Shown: positions 28,742 to 38,459, numbered from the stretch's first letter. The stretch is 64,000 nt of DNA from an uncultured Candidatus Saccharibacteria bacterium (GCA_965231055.1 OZ246411.1:473875-537874), one strand, 5' to 3'. Program-made: numbers and translations. The notes: a model not told the origin generated them from the letters alone.

Positions 28742-29308
28742 ATGAAACTGTTTTGGTTCTTTTTCTGTTACGCTTCGTTGTCTCTCTTCCTTTACTGGCT
28801 TATGGGAAAAGAATATGACTTCTCAAAAAATTCAGTGATCAATTTCTTCGTAAGACCAATCTCCGGTTCGATATTTCTGGTTTTGTTTTTTCTGAGCGGA
28901 GAGGCTTGGGCTTGCACGGACGATGTGAGAAACAGGATAAAATCTTTTCTCGCTGATAAAACTGTCGTACTCGTTTTCCTTTTTACGATGGTGCTTGGTC
29001 TGTTGTTCGTGTTGATCGCGCACATTCACGAGCGTATCCGAATAATGCACGAGAGACATCATTTCCTTTTCAACTTCTTTATCTCTGCGTTTTTGGTGAC
29101 CACTGCTTTATCTCTTTTGTGGAATGGAAAGATTCTCTTTCTTCTCTTGCTCTTTACTATCTACGTCGCGTCCTCTGTGTTTGTGCTCGTTAAATCTGAA
29201 AATAAATCTGAATGGGCATTTTATCCGGGGGCATTTGCGGCACTCTTTGTTTTGGGCTTTGTCGTCGAGGGTCTGATGGGCTTAGCAGAAGAAGGGTTGC
29301 CGGAGTAA
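28742..29308 (+). CDS. Hypothetical integral membrane protein
   Basis: 188-aa polytopic ORF with an upstream RBS (GGGGAGG). Codon usage is somewhat GC-shifted. Confidence 0.5.
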   Translation: MKLFWFFFCYASLSLFLYWLMGKEYDFSKNSVINFFVRPISGSIFLVLFFLSGEAWACTDDVRNRIKSFLADKTVVLVFLFTMVLGLLFVLIAHIHERIRIMHERHHFLFNFFISAFLVTTALSLLWNGKILFLLLLFTIYVASSVFVLVKSENKSEWAFYPGAFAALFVLGFVVEGLMGLAEEGLPE

Positions 29309-29321
29309 AGTGATTGTATTT

Positions 29322-29348
29322 CAGAGCTGTCTTTTGACAGCTCTTTTG
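29322..29348 (+). terminator. Rho-independent terminator
   Basis: AGAGCTGTC-TTTT-GACAGCTCT hairpin followed by TTTTG. Confidence 0.65.
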
Positions 29349-29349
29349 C

Positions 29350-29395
29350 TTATCCACAGTTATCCACTTGACGTTCGTATTTTGTTCGGTACAAT
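29350..29395 (+). promoter_or_regulatory. Near-consensus sigma70-type promoter (TTGACG-16-TACAAT), overlapped upstream by two tandem DnaA-box-like 9-mers (TTATCCACA, TTATCCACT)
   Basis: The promoter is read directly from the sequence at 29368-29395. The first 9-mer (29350-29358) is a perfect DnaA-box consensus. The promoter would drive the small ORF and lexA. Confidence 0.5.
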
Positions 29396-29478
29396 GTAGT
29401 TGTTAGTAATAAGTATTAGGTATTAAGTTTGATGAATAACTGCTTATCACCTAATACTTACAACTTAACAATTCAAAT

Positions 29479-29649
29479 ATGACAGTCGCATCAAAACAAG
29501 ACACTATTATTATCCAAAACTATGTTCGCAAATTGCAGGAGATCAGAGCATTTCTACAAAAGGCCCAGTCTTCGGAGAATCCTACTGAAACGAGAAGGCC
29601 TATTAGGATAAATACTTACTGGGATGAGAACAATGGCTACTCTTATTAA
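29479..29649 (+). CDS. Possible small protein (56 aa) upstream of lexA. Not in the ORF track because it is under 60 aa.
   Basis: Hand-found ORF MTVASKQDTIIIQNYVRKLQEIRAFLQKAQSSENPTETRRPIRINTYWDENNGYSY. It is co-directional with lexA and lies downstream of the promoter above. Confidence 0.3.
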   Translation: MTVASKQDTIIIQNYVRKLQEIRAFLQKAQSSENPTETRRPIRINTYWDENNGYSY

Positions 29650-29731
29650 TTTATTTATCAAAATGAAAAAAGAAGAATCGTTTCCTCATTGGAAAATCTA
29701 GAAGTTTATATTTATTTGTTAAATCCTATTT

Positions 29732-30343
29732 ATGAGTCTTACAAAAAAACAAAAGCAAATACTTGATTACATCGAAGAATTTGTAAAAGAATTTGGATAT
29801 GCACCTAGCTACCGAGAGATAGGTGAGCATTTTGGTCTCACTTCACCTGCCACTATTTTTCAACACATAAAATCCCTTGAGGACAAGGGATACATAAAAG
29901 TAAAGACGGGAGAGGCGAGATCTATAGAAATAATTGAAGATGGCACTATTAGTTACAATGAACGTACTATTGAGCTTCCTTTGGCTGGACTTATTACCGC
30001 AGGAGAACCCATTGAAGCTATAGAAGAAAGTGAAACAATCTCTATTCCATCCGAAATGAAACCCATTGGTGAGTGCTTTGCGCTTTTGGTTAAGGGAGAA
30101 TCTATGATAGAGGAGGGTATTCATGATGGGGACTATGTGATAGTTGAAAAGAAAAATACAGCAAAAAATGGTGATACTGTGGTAGCTCTTATAGATGATC
30201 AATTCGCTACCCTCAAAAAGTTTTATAAGGAAAAAGGATATATTCGTCTCCAGCCAGCCAATAAAACCATGAAACCAATAAAAGTAAAAGGTGATCTCAA
30301 GGTTCAAGGCAAAGTCGTTGGACTCATTAGAAAATACAAATAA
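29732..30343 (+). CDS. lexA: LexA repressor (S24 peptidase)
   Basis: N-terminal wHTH (LTKKQKQILDYIEEFVKEFGYAPSYREIGEHFGL) and the C-terminal S24 catalytic region (VKGESM...DGDYVIVEK...NGDTVVALIDDQFATLKKF). Confidence 0.9.
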   Translation: MSLTKKQKQILDYIEEFVKEFGYAPSYREIGEHFGLTSPATIFQHIKSLEDKGYIKVKTGEARSIEIIEDGTISYNERTIELPLAGLITAGEPIEAIEESETISIPSEMKPIGECFALLVKGESMIEEGIHDGDYVIVEKKNTAKNGDTVVALIDDQFATLKKFYKEKGYIRLQPANKTMKPIKVKGDLKVQGKVVGLIRKYK

Positions 30344-30507
30344 TTTTTAAAAATACAAATAAATGTTTTACCCCATGGTATTAACTTGGAAGCAGATCAA
30401 TTATAAAAAGCGCAGAATCTTTTCCTCAAAAGACTATTTTGGCTTTGGTCTTTTTATGGGTTTTGTGGTTTGTATTTTGGTTGTTTTTCTGGCGTTAATT
30501 TAAGGAA

Positions 30508-31665
30508 ATGAAAAGGGTGATCGCCCACATAGATATGGATGCTTTTTTTCCATCTGTTGAAGTGCTTTTGAATCCTAAACTAAAAGGATTACCTGTTGTG
30601 GTTGGTGCGAAACCCTGGGAAAGAGGAGTAGTCTCTTCAAGTAGCTATGAAGCTCGCAAATATGGTGTTCGCTCTGGTATGTCTTCCCACGAGGCGGGTT
30701 CACTTTGTCCTCATGCCGTATTTATCCATGGGCATTTTGATGAATACAGTAAATACTCAAAAATAATCCATACTATTTTTTGTAAATACTCTCCATGTGT
30801 TGAAATGGTTTCTTGCGATGAGGCTTATTTGGATTTTTCGAATTGCAACTACATATATCCCGATCTCAAGAAAACAATTCTTCAGATTCAGTCAGAGGTT
30901 AATCGTGTAACAAAGGGGCTTACTTGTTCTGTGGGGGTTGGCACTTCAAAAACAATTGCGAAAATAGCTAGTGACTATAAGAAACCCATTGGTTTTGTTT
31001 GGATTGATTCTGGAAAAGAAAAAGATTTTTTAGAGCCCCTAGAAATAAGAAAAATGCCGGGAATAGGTCCTTTCACAGAAAAGAAATTGATCAATATGGG
31101 TTGTAGAAAGCTTGGAGATATACAAAAGATGCCTTACGCGAAGCTATTCAAAAGTTTTGGGAAACTTGGTTGGGAGCTTAGAAACAAATGCATGGGCATA
31201 GATGACTCTGAGATTGTGAGCAATCACGATCCCAAATCTTTTTCAAAAGAATCGACTTTTGAATGTGATACCTGCGATACGGGTAAAGTTTTGGGGGAGC
31301 TTAAATTTCTCGTTGATAGAGTTGCTACTACGCTCAGATCAGAATGTAAGAAGGCTAGAAATTTTGCCGTTAAGATAAGATATAGTGATTTTTCTACTCT
31401 TACGAGATCAAAGACAATAGTGCTTTCCACCGATTCTACTAAAAAAATCTGGGGACTCGCTAAGTCACTTTTTTTAGAAAACTATATTGGATATCGTAAA
31501 ATCAGACTAATAGGAGTTAGAGCATCTGATTTTGAATCAAATCTGGTTCAATCTAATATTTTTAGCGTATTGGAGGGTCAATTAAACGATAAACTTTCAA
31601 ATATAGATAGGGGTGTAGACAAAATAAGAGAAAAGTATGGAAATAATGCTATCCAGACTTTTTAA
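30508..31665 (+). CDS. dinB: DNA polymerase IV (Y-family)
   Basis: IAHIDMDAFFPSVE...SSSYEARKYGVRSGM, the Y-family palm and fingers signature. It lies directly downstream of lexA. Confidence 0.9.
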   Translation: MKRVIAHIDMDAFFPSVEVLLNPKLKGLPVVVGAKPWERGVVSSSSYEARKYGVRSGMSSHEAGSLCPHAVFIHGHFDEYSKYSKIIHTIFCKYSPCVEMVSCDEAYLDFSNCNYIYPDLKKTILQIQSEVNRVTKGLTCSVGVGTSKTIAKIASDYKKPIGFVWIDSGKEKDFLEPLEIRKMPGIGPFTEKKLINMGCRKLGDIQKMPYAKLFKSFGKLGWELRNKCMGIDDSEIVSNHDPKSFSKESTFECDTCDTGKVLGELKFLVDRVATTLRSECKKARNFAVKIRYSDFSTLTRSKTIVLSTDSTKKIWGLAKSLFLENYIGYRKIRLIGVRASDFESNLVQSNIFSVLEGQLNDKLSNIDRGVDKIREKYGNNAIQTF

Positions 31666-31747
31666 TACTTATTTAGGTTAAAGTGGGGAATGGTAAAGTG
31701 TGGATAAAAAGTGAATAGTGGACTTAGTTTGTCCTAAATAACCTAGT

Positions 31748-31775
31748 AAAATGCCTTAGATAAGGCATTTTTTTG
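31748..31775 (+). terminator. Rho-independent terminator after dinB
   Basis: AAATGCCTTA-GAT-AAGGCATTT followed by TTTTTT. Confidence 0.7.
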
Positions 31776-31929
31776 ATATAGTTCTTTATTGAAAATGGTG
31801 TAGGCGGGTGGTTGATTAAATATGTATGGTGGTGTATAATGGCATAACAGTATGTGATTGTGGATGAAAGTGGGGACAACTAAGAGAATTAGTGGATAAC
31901 AAAATATAAAACAGCTTAACCTAGCGAAA

Positions 31930-32361
31930 ATGTTTATAGGCGAATATCAACATTCAATAGATCAAAAAGGAAGATTGGCTATACCAGCCAAGTTTAGAGC
32001 TAGCCTAAAAACAGGCGCTGTGGTTACTAGAGGATTGGATAATTGTTTATTTCTATATACAAAAGAAGAATGGGAGAAGCTAGCTTCGAAGCTTGTTAAT
32101 CTACCTATAAGTCAAAAAAATACCAGAGCCTTCTCTAGACTCATGCTCGCTGGAGCTATGGATGTAAAGCTGGACTCTCAGGGTAGGATAATACTGCCTG
32201 AGTATCTGAGATCTTTTGCAAGGATCACCAAAAAAACCATAGTTGCTGGACTATATAATCGCTTGGAAATTTGGGACAAAGAAGAATGGGATAAATACAA
32301 AGGTGCTACAGAAAAAAATAGCGGAGATATAGCTGAGCAACTCGGAGAATTAGGAGTTTAA
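31930..32361 (+). CDS. mraZ: Transcriptional regulator MraZ
   Basis: MFIGEYQHSIDQKGRLAIPAKFR and the duplicated MraZ half-domains. Confidence 0.9.
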   Translation: MFIGEYQHSIDQKGRLAIPAKFRASLKTGAVVTRGLDNCLFLYTKEEWEKLASKLVNLPISQKNTRAFSRLMLAGAMDVKLDSQGRIILPEYLRSFARITKKTIVAGLYNRLEIWDKEEWDKYKGATEKNSGDIAEQLGELGV

Positions 32362-32387
32362 AACAAAAAATAAAATAAAACAAAAAA

Positions 32388-32747
32388 ATGACAGTAGTGT
32401 TTACCAACGGAAGCATCTCGAGAATAGGTGCTAGAAATCAATCACTCAGAAAAATAAAAGCAGGACCAGCTACATTAGGATATATAACGCTGGGTCTTAT
32501 TTGCGTTGTCAGTGTATTTTATCTTTTGGTTTTGATGTCTGCTCAGGCAGAGGGCTACAAAATACAGCAGCTCAATAGCCAGATAAAAACTCTTGCAGAT
32601 GATCAGAGAGCTATTGAACTAAGAATTGCTGAAAGCAAGAGTCTTAACAATGTAGAAGAGAAGGACAATATAAAGAGTCTCAACATGGTACCGGTGAAAA
32701 GCGTTTCATATGTTTCAACTGGAACTTCGGTTGCTTCATCTCGCTAG
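32388..32747 (+). CDS. FtsL-like cell-division protein (single TM, coiled coil)
   Basis: About 119 aa with one TM helix and a heptad-like region. It occupies the ftsL position between mraZ and ftsI. No rsmH lies between them. Confidence 0.55.
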   Translation: MTVVFTNGSISRIGARNQSLRKIKAGPATLGYITLGLICVVSVFYLLVLMSAQAEGYKIQQLNSQIKTLADDQRAIELRIAESKSLNNVEEKDNIKSLNMVPVKSVSYVSTGTSVASSR

Positions 32748-32815
32748 CTTAAAATGGTGATTTTTTAGTATAATATGCGTGGAGTCTCTTCCACGCATTA
32801 TTTATAGAAACAAAA

Positions 32816-34540
32816 TTGGAAAATAGTCTAATAGACAAAAGAATAAAGATTTTTCTCTGGCTCATAAGTTTTTTGGGAGCTATTGTTTTTATGCGCTTGG
32901 TGTCTTTGCAAATCCTTGATCACACCAAATACAAAGCTTTGGCTGAAGGGCAGCGAAGCTTTTTTGAATCGCTAGAACCAAAAAGAGGAGAGGTTGTAAC
33001 CAAGGATAGTAAAACTCAAGAGCTTTATCCTTTGGCGATGAATAAAGTGTATTTTCAAATCTATGTTGTTCCAAGGGAAGTAGAAAATCCTGATGAGGTA
33101 GCCAGGGTTGTTTCGCAGATTTTGGATATGGATATAAATGAAATTTATTCCAAAGTCACTAAAGATAAAGATGATCCTTATGAGCCAATCGCTGACAAGG
33201 TGGAAAAAGACAAAATTGATCAGATTGAATCTTCAAATCTCAAGGGTGTTCACTTCCAAGAAAAATATTTCAGAGCATATCCTGAAGGGTCGCTTGCATC
33301 TCATATTCTCGGGTATCTAGGTTATGACAATGAGGGAGTTCTCAGAGGATTTGGGGGAGTTGAAGCCTATTACAATTCAGAGCTTCAAGGGGAAAAGGGA
33401 GAAGTTGAGCTGGAGCGCGATGCTGCTGGGAGATGGATACCAATAGGATCAAAGGATGAAAAACCGGCGAAAGATGGAGATACTATAGTATTAACCATAG
33501 ATAGATCAGTTCAGGCTGTTCTTGAAAAAGAGCTAAGAACAATAATGGAAAAACTTACTCCCGATTCTGTGTCTGGAGTCTTTATGGAACCCAAGACTGG
33601 AAAAATCATAGCCATGTCAAATCTTCCAAATTATGATCCAAATAAATACAACGAGGTTGAAAACGTAAGTATTTTCAACAACAACGCTGTGTTTGATGTT
33701 TTTGAGCCAGGTTCTATTTTCAAACCATTCGTAGTTGCTTCGGCATTGGATCAGGGGGTTATTAATCCTGAAGACAAATTTAATGATTCTGGTGCGGTTA
33801 AAATAGGTTCATATACTATTAGAAATTCTGACAATAAAGGACACGGAGAAGTGAGTGTGGTTCAGGCACTTGATAAATCGCTCAATGTTGTTATGGTGGA
33901 GATAGCTAGAAAAGTCGGGATAGATAAACTCTATCCATATTACGAAAAATTTGGATTCAATTCCTATTCTGGAATTGATTTGCTTGGCGAGAATATAGCT
34001 GGTCTTGATGATAAGAAAAAATGGCAAGAATTGGATTTGGCAACTTCGAGCTTCGGTCAGGGTAAAATAGTGCTAAACGCCATGCAAATACTCAAGGCTT
34101 ATTCTTCATTTGCGAATGGTGGAGCCATGGTCAATCCTAGAATTGTAGAAAAATTTATACATCCAGATGGGACAGAAAGCGTGGTTGAAACCAAGTTTGA
34201 TTCTCAGCCAATATCTTCAAAAACAGCTACTACTATTAGCGCCATGCTTATTAGTAATGTTGAAAATGGATATTCTCATTACGCCAAAGTCAATGGATAT
34301 ACAATAGCTGGAAAAACCGGTACGGCTCAAATGCCAAATAAAGACAAGCCAGGATATGGAGGCGAGAAGCTTGTTTCTTTTGTGGGGTATGGTCCGGTAG
34401 AGGATCCTGAGGTGATAGCTATTATATGGGCAAAGAATCCAAAAGGAAGTTCTGTCTGGGGAGAAACCATAGCAGCTCCAGTATTTAGCAAGGTGGCTTC
34501 ATTTATTTTTCAAGATAGACAAATTATTCCCACAGAATGA
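32816..34540 (+). CDS. Penicillin-binding protein 2 / FtsI-type transpeptidase
   Basis: N-terminal TM segment, transpeptidase motifs SIFK (SxxK), SDN (SxN) and KTGTA (KTG). Confidence 0.88.
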   Translation: MENSLIDKRIKIFLWLISFLGAIVFMRLVSLQILDHTKYKALAEGQRSFFESLEPKRGEVVTKDSKTQELYPLAMNKVYFQIYVVPREVENPDEVARVVSQILDMDINEIYSKVTKDKDDPYEPIADKVEKDKIDQIESSNLKGVHFQEKYFRAYPEGSLASHILGYLGYDNEGVLRGFGGVEAYYNSELQGEKGEVELERDAAGRWIPIGSKDEKPAKDGDTIVLTIDRSVQAVLEKELRTIMEKLTPDSVSGVFMEPKTGKIIAMSNLPNYDPNKYNEVENVSIFNNNAVFDVFEPGSIFKPFVVASALDQGVINPEDKFNDSGAVKIGSYTIRNSDNKGHGEVSVVQALDKSLNVVMVEIARKVGIDKLYPYYEKFGFNSYSGIDLLGENIAGLDDKKKWQELDLATSSFGQGKIVLNAMQILKAYSSFANGGAMVNPRIVEKFIHPDGTESVVETKFDSQPISSKTATTISAMLISNVENGYSHYAKVNGYTIAGKTGTAQMPNKDKPGYGGEKLVSFVGYGPVEDPEVIAIIWAKNPKGSSVWGETIAAPVFSKVASFIFQDRQIIPTE

Positions 34541-35862
34541 ACATAAAAGTATTTCTAAGAAAATTAGTTGAGAGAATGCTTATGTCTCTCGCAAAATCAA
34601 TGCTTAAAAAACACAACCCAGATGTTGTGGGGATTACCGGGAGCGTTGGTAAGAGTAGTACTAAGGAAGCCGTGTACATGGTTTTGAGTTCAAGTAAATC
34701 CGTAAGAAAAAGTGAAAAAAACTACAACAATGAAATCGGATTACCTCTCACGATTCTTGGAATAGGAAGTGCTGGGTTCAATATTTTTGCTTGGATAATT
34801 AATCTGACAAAGGCATTGTTTTCAGTTTTGTTTTCCAAAAAATATCCTGAAATTTTGGTGCTGGAAATGGGTGCGGATAGGCCAGGAGATATAGGAGTGC
34901 TTTCTGCTGTCGCAAAACCAAATATAGGAATTATCACCTCAGTTGGGCCAAGCCATTTGGAATATTTTTCTGGTATAGATGAGATTGCAAGAGAAAAGGG
35001 AACTCTCATTGCAAATTTACCAAGAGATGGCTACGCTATTTTAAACAACGATGATCCGAGAGTCAGAATAATGCAAGATAGAACCAGAGCCAATGTGATC
35101 ACTTATGGTTTTTCTGGCGATGCTGATGTTTATGTGGATATTGATAAGCAAGCATATCTTTTGGATGCCGATAGGTGGATAGATGAAAAAGGTACCACTA
35201 AAAGCGGTATGAGTTTCAAGGTTTATTGCAGAGGAAATATTTTTCCAGTAAGGATGCCAAAGGTCGTGGGGATGCATTATATTTATGTCGCACTTGCTGC
35301 TATTAGTTGTGGAGTTGTTTTCAAGATGGATTTTGTGGATATAGAAAGAGCCTTGGTCAATTACAATCCTCCAGTGGGTAGAATGAATCTTGTAGGGGGA
35401 ATTAAACAAACTCTTATTATTGATGACACATATAATTCGGCTCCAGTATCTGCTATCGCAGCTATTGATTCTCTTGCCAAAATCAAAACTTCTGGTAGAA
35501 AAATTGCTGTGCTTGGAGATATGTTTGAACTAGGTGTGTTTTCAGAGAAAGGACATGAAGATGTGGGAGTAAAAGCTTCGGAGATCGTAGATATTCTGAT
35601 CACAGTAGGGCCTCTTTCAGAAAATACTCAATCAGCATTTATCAGGGGTAAGGGTAACTCGAGCACGACCACTTTTCATTTTAGAAATAGTGTTGAAGCT
35701 GGAAAAGCACTTCAGGATATTTTGAAAGAGAAGGATGTGGTGCTTGTCAAAGGTTCGCAGGGTATGAGAATGGAAAGGGTGGTCAAGGAAATCATGCTAG
35801 AACCACTAAGAGCCAAAGAACTTTTGGTGAGACAAGATTCGCGGTGGCTCAAGAAAAAATAG
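34537..35862 (+). CDS. murF: UDP-N-acetylmuramoyl-tripeptide--D-alanyl-D-alanine ligase
   Basis: Mur-ligase P-loop GITGSVGKSSTKE and the MurF-type C-terminus (DDTYNSAPVS...VLGDMFELG). Its start overlaps the ftsI stop. Confidence 0.8.
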   Translation: MNIKVFLRKLVERMLMSLAKSMLKKHNPDVVGITGSVGKSSTKEAVYMVLSSSKSVRKSEKNYNNEIGLPLTILGIGSAGFNIFAWIINLTKALFSVLFSKKYPEILVLEMGADRPGDIGVLSAVAKPNIGIITSVGPSHLEYFSGIDEIAREKGTLIANLPRDGYAILNNDDPRVRIMQDRTRANVITYGFSGDADVYVDIDKQAYLLDADRWIDEKGTTKSGMSFKVYCRGNIFPVRMPKVVGMHYIYVALAAISCGVVFKMDFVDIERALVNYNPPVGRMNLVGGIKQTLIIDDTYNSAPVSAIAAIDSLAKIKTSGRKIAVLGDMFELGVFSEKGHEDVGVKASEIVDILITVGPLSENTQSAFIRGKGNSSTTTFHFRNSVEAGKALQDILKEKDVVLVKGSQGMRMERVVKEIMLEPLRAKELLVRQDSRWLKKK

Positions 35863-36076
35863 ATTTTGTATATTGACTAACGTGCTTAGTATTGATAATG
35901 TTTCATTCTGTTAGTCCCGCCGCTGCGGGATCCCGCAACGGCGGGATGTTCGATATTCAGTATTCAATGTTCATTATGCTATAAGATTAAAACAAAACGT
36001 TGAGCTACGAAAATTTATTGATTGAAGCTCATATCTGAGCACTGAACACTGAAAACTGACTGCTGACACCTAATAA

Positions 36077-36154
36077 GGCGCTATCGTCTAGCCTGGCCTA
36101 GGACGCTAGGTTCTCATCCTAGTAACTCGGGTTCGAATCCCGATAGCGCTGCCA
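36077..36154 (+). tRNA. tRNA-Glu (anticodon CTC)
   Basis: Acceptor GGCGCTA/TAGCGCT with a G1-U72 wobble, anticodon stem CTAGG/CCTAG, loop TTCTCAT, T-arm GGTTCGAATCC, CCA encoded. Confidence 0.7.
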
Positions 36155-36190
36155 AATTTTTTTGTGGATAAAATAAGCTGAAAAACAAGT

Positions 36191-36217
36191 AAAAACCCCC
36201 GAGAGGGGGATTTTTTG
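36191..36217 (+). terminator. Rho-independent terminator after tRNA-Glu
   Basis: CCCCC-GAGA-GGGGG followed by TTTTTT. Confidence 0.7.
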
Positions 36218-36379
36218 TGCTTGTTTCAGCGCAAAAGCCGGTCAAAATAAATTGTTTCCCATGGGAAGCAGTTTTTCTGCGCTATGACATATCTTGGTGA
36301 ATCAAGCAATATCCATGTGGGACGTTTGAACTTCGCTTATGCAGCTTGCCGTGAGTCTTATTCGTGATATCATTTATTT

Positions 36380-36919
36380 ATGGAAAAATTCGACATAATT
36401 GACAAGGACGGAAATAAAACGGGAGAATCTATTCCTCGCGACAAAGTGCATCGCGAGGGGCTTTGGCATAAGAGCGTCCATGTTTGGATTATTAATGATA
36501 AAAACGAGCTCCTTCTTCAGAAGCGATCGCCGGAAAAAGATTCTCACCCCAATGAATGGGACATATCTACAGCCGGACATATTCATAGTGGAGAAACTCC
36601 AATTAATACCGCAATTCGTGAAGCCAAAGAAGAACTGGGCATAGACGTAAAAGAGAACGAGCTTGAAAAGCTTTGTACTCTCAAGAATCAAAGTGTCCAA
36701 CGAGATGGAAAATTTATAAATAATGAACTTGTGGATGTTTATCTCGTCAGAAAGAACCTTGATTTAAACAAGCTCACGCTTCAGCCGGAAGAAGTTTCAG
36801 AAGTTAAGTTGATACAATACAAAAATCTCCAGAGGATCATTGCCAGAGAAACTCCCGGCTATGTTTTGCACAAAGAAGAATGCGCGAAGTTATTTGAAGT
36901 TCTAGATAAACGCGTCTAA
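36380..36919 (+). CDS. NUDIX hydrolase
   Basis: Nudix box GHIHSGETPINTAIREAKEELGI. It is the first gene of the tRNA-Glu-adjacent island. Confidence 0.85.
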   Translation: MEKFDIIDKDGNKTGESIPRDKVHREGLWHKSVHVWIINDKNELLLQKRSPEKDSHPNEWDISTAGHIHSGETPINTAIREAKEELGIDVKENELEKLCTLKNQSVQRDGKFINNELVDVYLVRKNLDLNKLTLQPEEVSEVKLIQYKNLQRIIARETPGYVLHKEECAKLFEVLDKRV

Positions 36920-36922
36920 CGA

Positions 36923-37072
36923 CTACTTATTTGCATCTTCCCGATAGATGACCTTGAATAGCCTCAAGACTTTGGATGCAACTCTGTGCGCTTCTTCATC
37001 ATCCATCTCCGTGCCGTAGTCCTCGCGCATGATCTGTTTGAATTCCTCTAGCTTGTGCTTTGGAATTTCCAT
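36923..37072 (-). CDS. Possible small acidic protein (49 aa, MEIPKHKLEEFKQIMREDYGTEMDDEEAHRVASKVLRLFKVIYREDANK). Not in the ORF track.
   Basis: Hand-found ORF on the minus strand between the Nudix gene and the next gene. No homology could be assessed. Confidence 0.25.
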   Translation of the reverse strand: MEIPKHKLEEFKQIMREDYGTEMDDEEAHRVASKVLRLFKVIYREDANK

Positions 37073-37166
37073 ATTTGTCTATTTATTATCCAAGATGTGT
37101 GTATTTTAACGTACAGTCAAAAAACCAGCCAGTGGATTTAGTAAAAACTTTATTAAGGCAATAAAA

Positions 37167-37877
37167 ATGGTTGATGTTAAAACAATCAAAATACTGGACG
37201 AGGTTGGCGGTGATCGATTCGAAAAAGCTTACTATGATATTTTTCTTCAGAATGAATTTTCGAATTACGAGAAATTCTGGCAAAAATATGTAGTTCCTCT
37301 TACCAACAGGCCGGCAGACTTGAATTTACTGGATCCTGTTGAATTGAGTAAACGAGGAAACGATGACCGAGATGTATGTATCGCACAACTTCACTACACA
37401 GTCTTAATGCATCTCATCCGCGTTTATAACATTAGACAAATAAAAACTCTAAATCTGGACGAATTCACGGAAGGCATTGTCAGATTGTCAGCTTCAACGG
37501 ATGTTGCAGATGAGCTTCTTGGACGAATGACATCGAAAGAAAAATATGACCCCTGGAATGAAGAACATGAAAAAGATTCTAGGCGAGACTGGCGAAAAGC
37601 CGGAAACGATCAGCTCCAATGGTTAAGAGATTATAGAAATAGGCAACTACACAGCATGGTTGCGCCATCGATAATCATTTATGGGAGTTACGAGCGACTT
37701 CGCGTTCCTAGATTTCGAAAGGAAAAAAAATATATGGATTGGCGTAATGTTACAAGTGTATCCATCGGTAGCGGGGGTATAGTAAGGAACGACTACGATT
37801 CGCCAAATAATTTAATTAATCACGCTTGGTCAGAAGTCCTCAAATATCTCAATGACCAGTGGGCAAAAGTTATATGA
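37167..37877 (+). CDS. Hypothetical protein, first gene of an overlapping pair. It contains an Rx4H motif (RNRQLH) that could indicate a HEPN-like fold.
   Basis: 236-aa ORF. Its stop overlaps the next gene's start in an ATGA arrangement. The short motif match alone is weak. Confidence 0.5.
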   Translation: MVDVKTIKILDEVGGDRFEKAYYDIFLQNEFSNYEKFWQKYVVPLTNRPADLNLLDPVELSKRGNDDRDVCIAQLHYTVLMHLIRVYNIRQIKTLNLDEFTEGIVRLSASTDVADELLGRMTSKEKYDPWNEEHEKDSRRDWRKAGNDQLQWLRDYRNRQLHSMVAPSIIIYGSYERLRVPRFRKEKKYMDWRNVTSVSIGSGGIVRNDYDSPNNLINHAWSEVLKYLNDQWAKVI

Positions 37878-38425
37878 TTATAAAAATTTATTGGAGGTGT
37901 AATAGTCTAGAAAGAGAAGTTTATGTTATAAAAAAAGAATGGGGATACGTCTCTGGTTTCGTGTACCCCATTATGCTGACGGATATTAAACATTTTCTAC
38001 CTCATTGGACTTATCACGGGGAATCAGGAAGGCCACCAGTAATACACCACAAGTCGTTTACTGGAAAAGAGATAGAGTTTATGACATTAAAAGCCGACTA
38101 TTTAAGAAAGTTTTCTGAATTTAATAATACGGTGATACATTCAACGCCTTCGTATGGCGCCAGTTTCCAAATTTTAGGGTGGGCCAATAATACAAAGGAT
38201 TATCCAGCTCATTACGACAGAAAAATCGTTTTTGATATCGATCTGTGTGATGCGAATCAGACTAGATATGTTCACATTCTTCTGCTGGATCGAAACTCGA
38301 AACAGCTAAAGGAAAAATGTGCAGATCTCGTCGGCAAGCATTATGAACTGATATCCTACGAGGTAATAGATGACGGTAATCAGCCGAACATTATGATATT
38401 ATTTACAGCAAATAAATCGATTTAA
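37874..38425 (+). CDS. Hypothetical protein, second gene of the overlapping pair
   Basis: ORF translationally coupled by the ATGA overlap at 37874-37877. The tracked ORF begins at 37859; the start is chosen at the ATG at 37874. No recognisable domain. Confidence 0.45.
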   Translation: MIIKIYWRCNSLEREVYVIKKEWGYVSGFVYPIMLTDIKHFLPHWTYHGESGRPPVIHHKSFTGKEIEFMTLKADYLRKFSEFNNTVIHSTPSYGASFQILGWANNTKDYPAHYDRKIVFDIDLCDANQTRYVHILLLDRNSKQLKEKCADLVGKHYELISYEVIDDGNQPNIMILFTANKSI

Positions 38426-38459
38426 ATGAAGTTTAGAAAAAAGTCTAGAGACTTAAATA

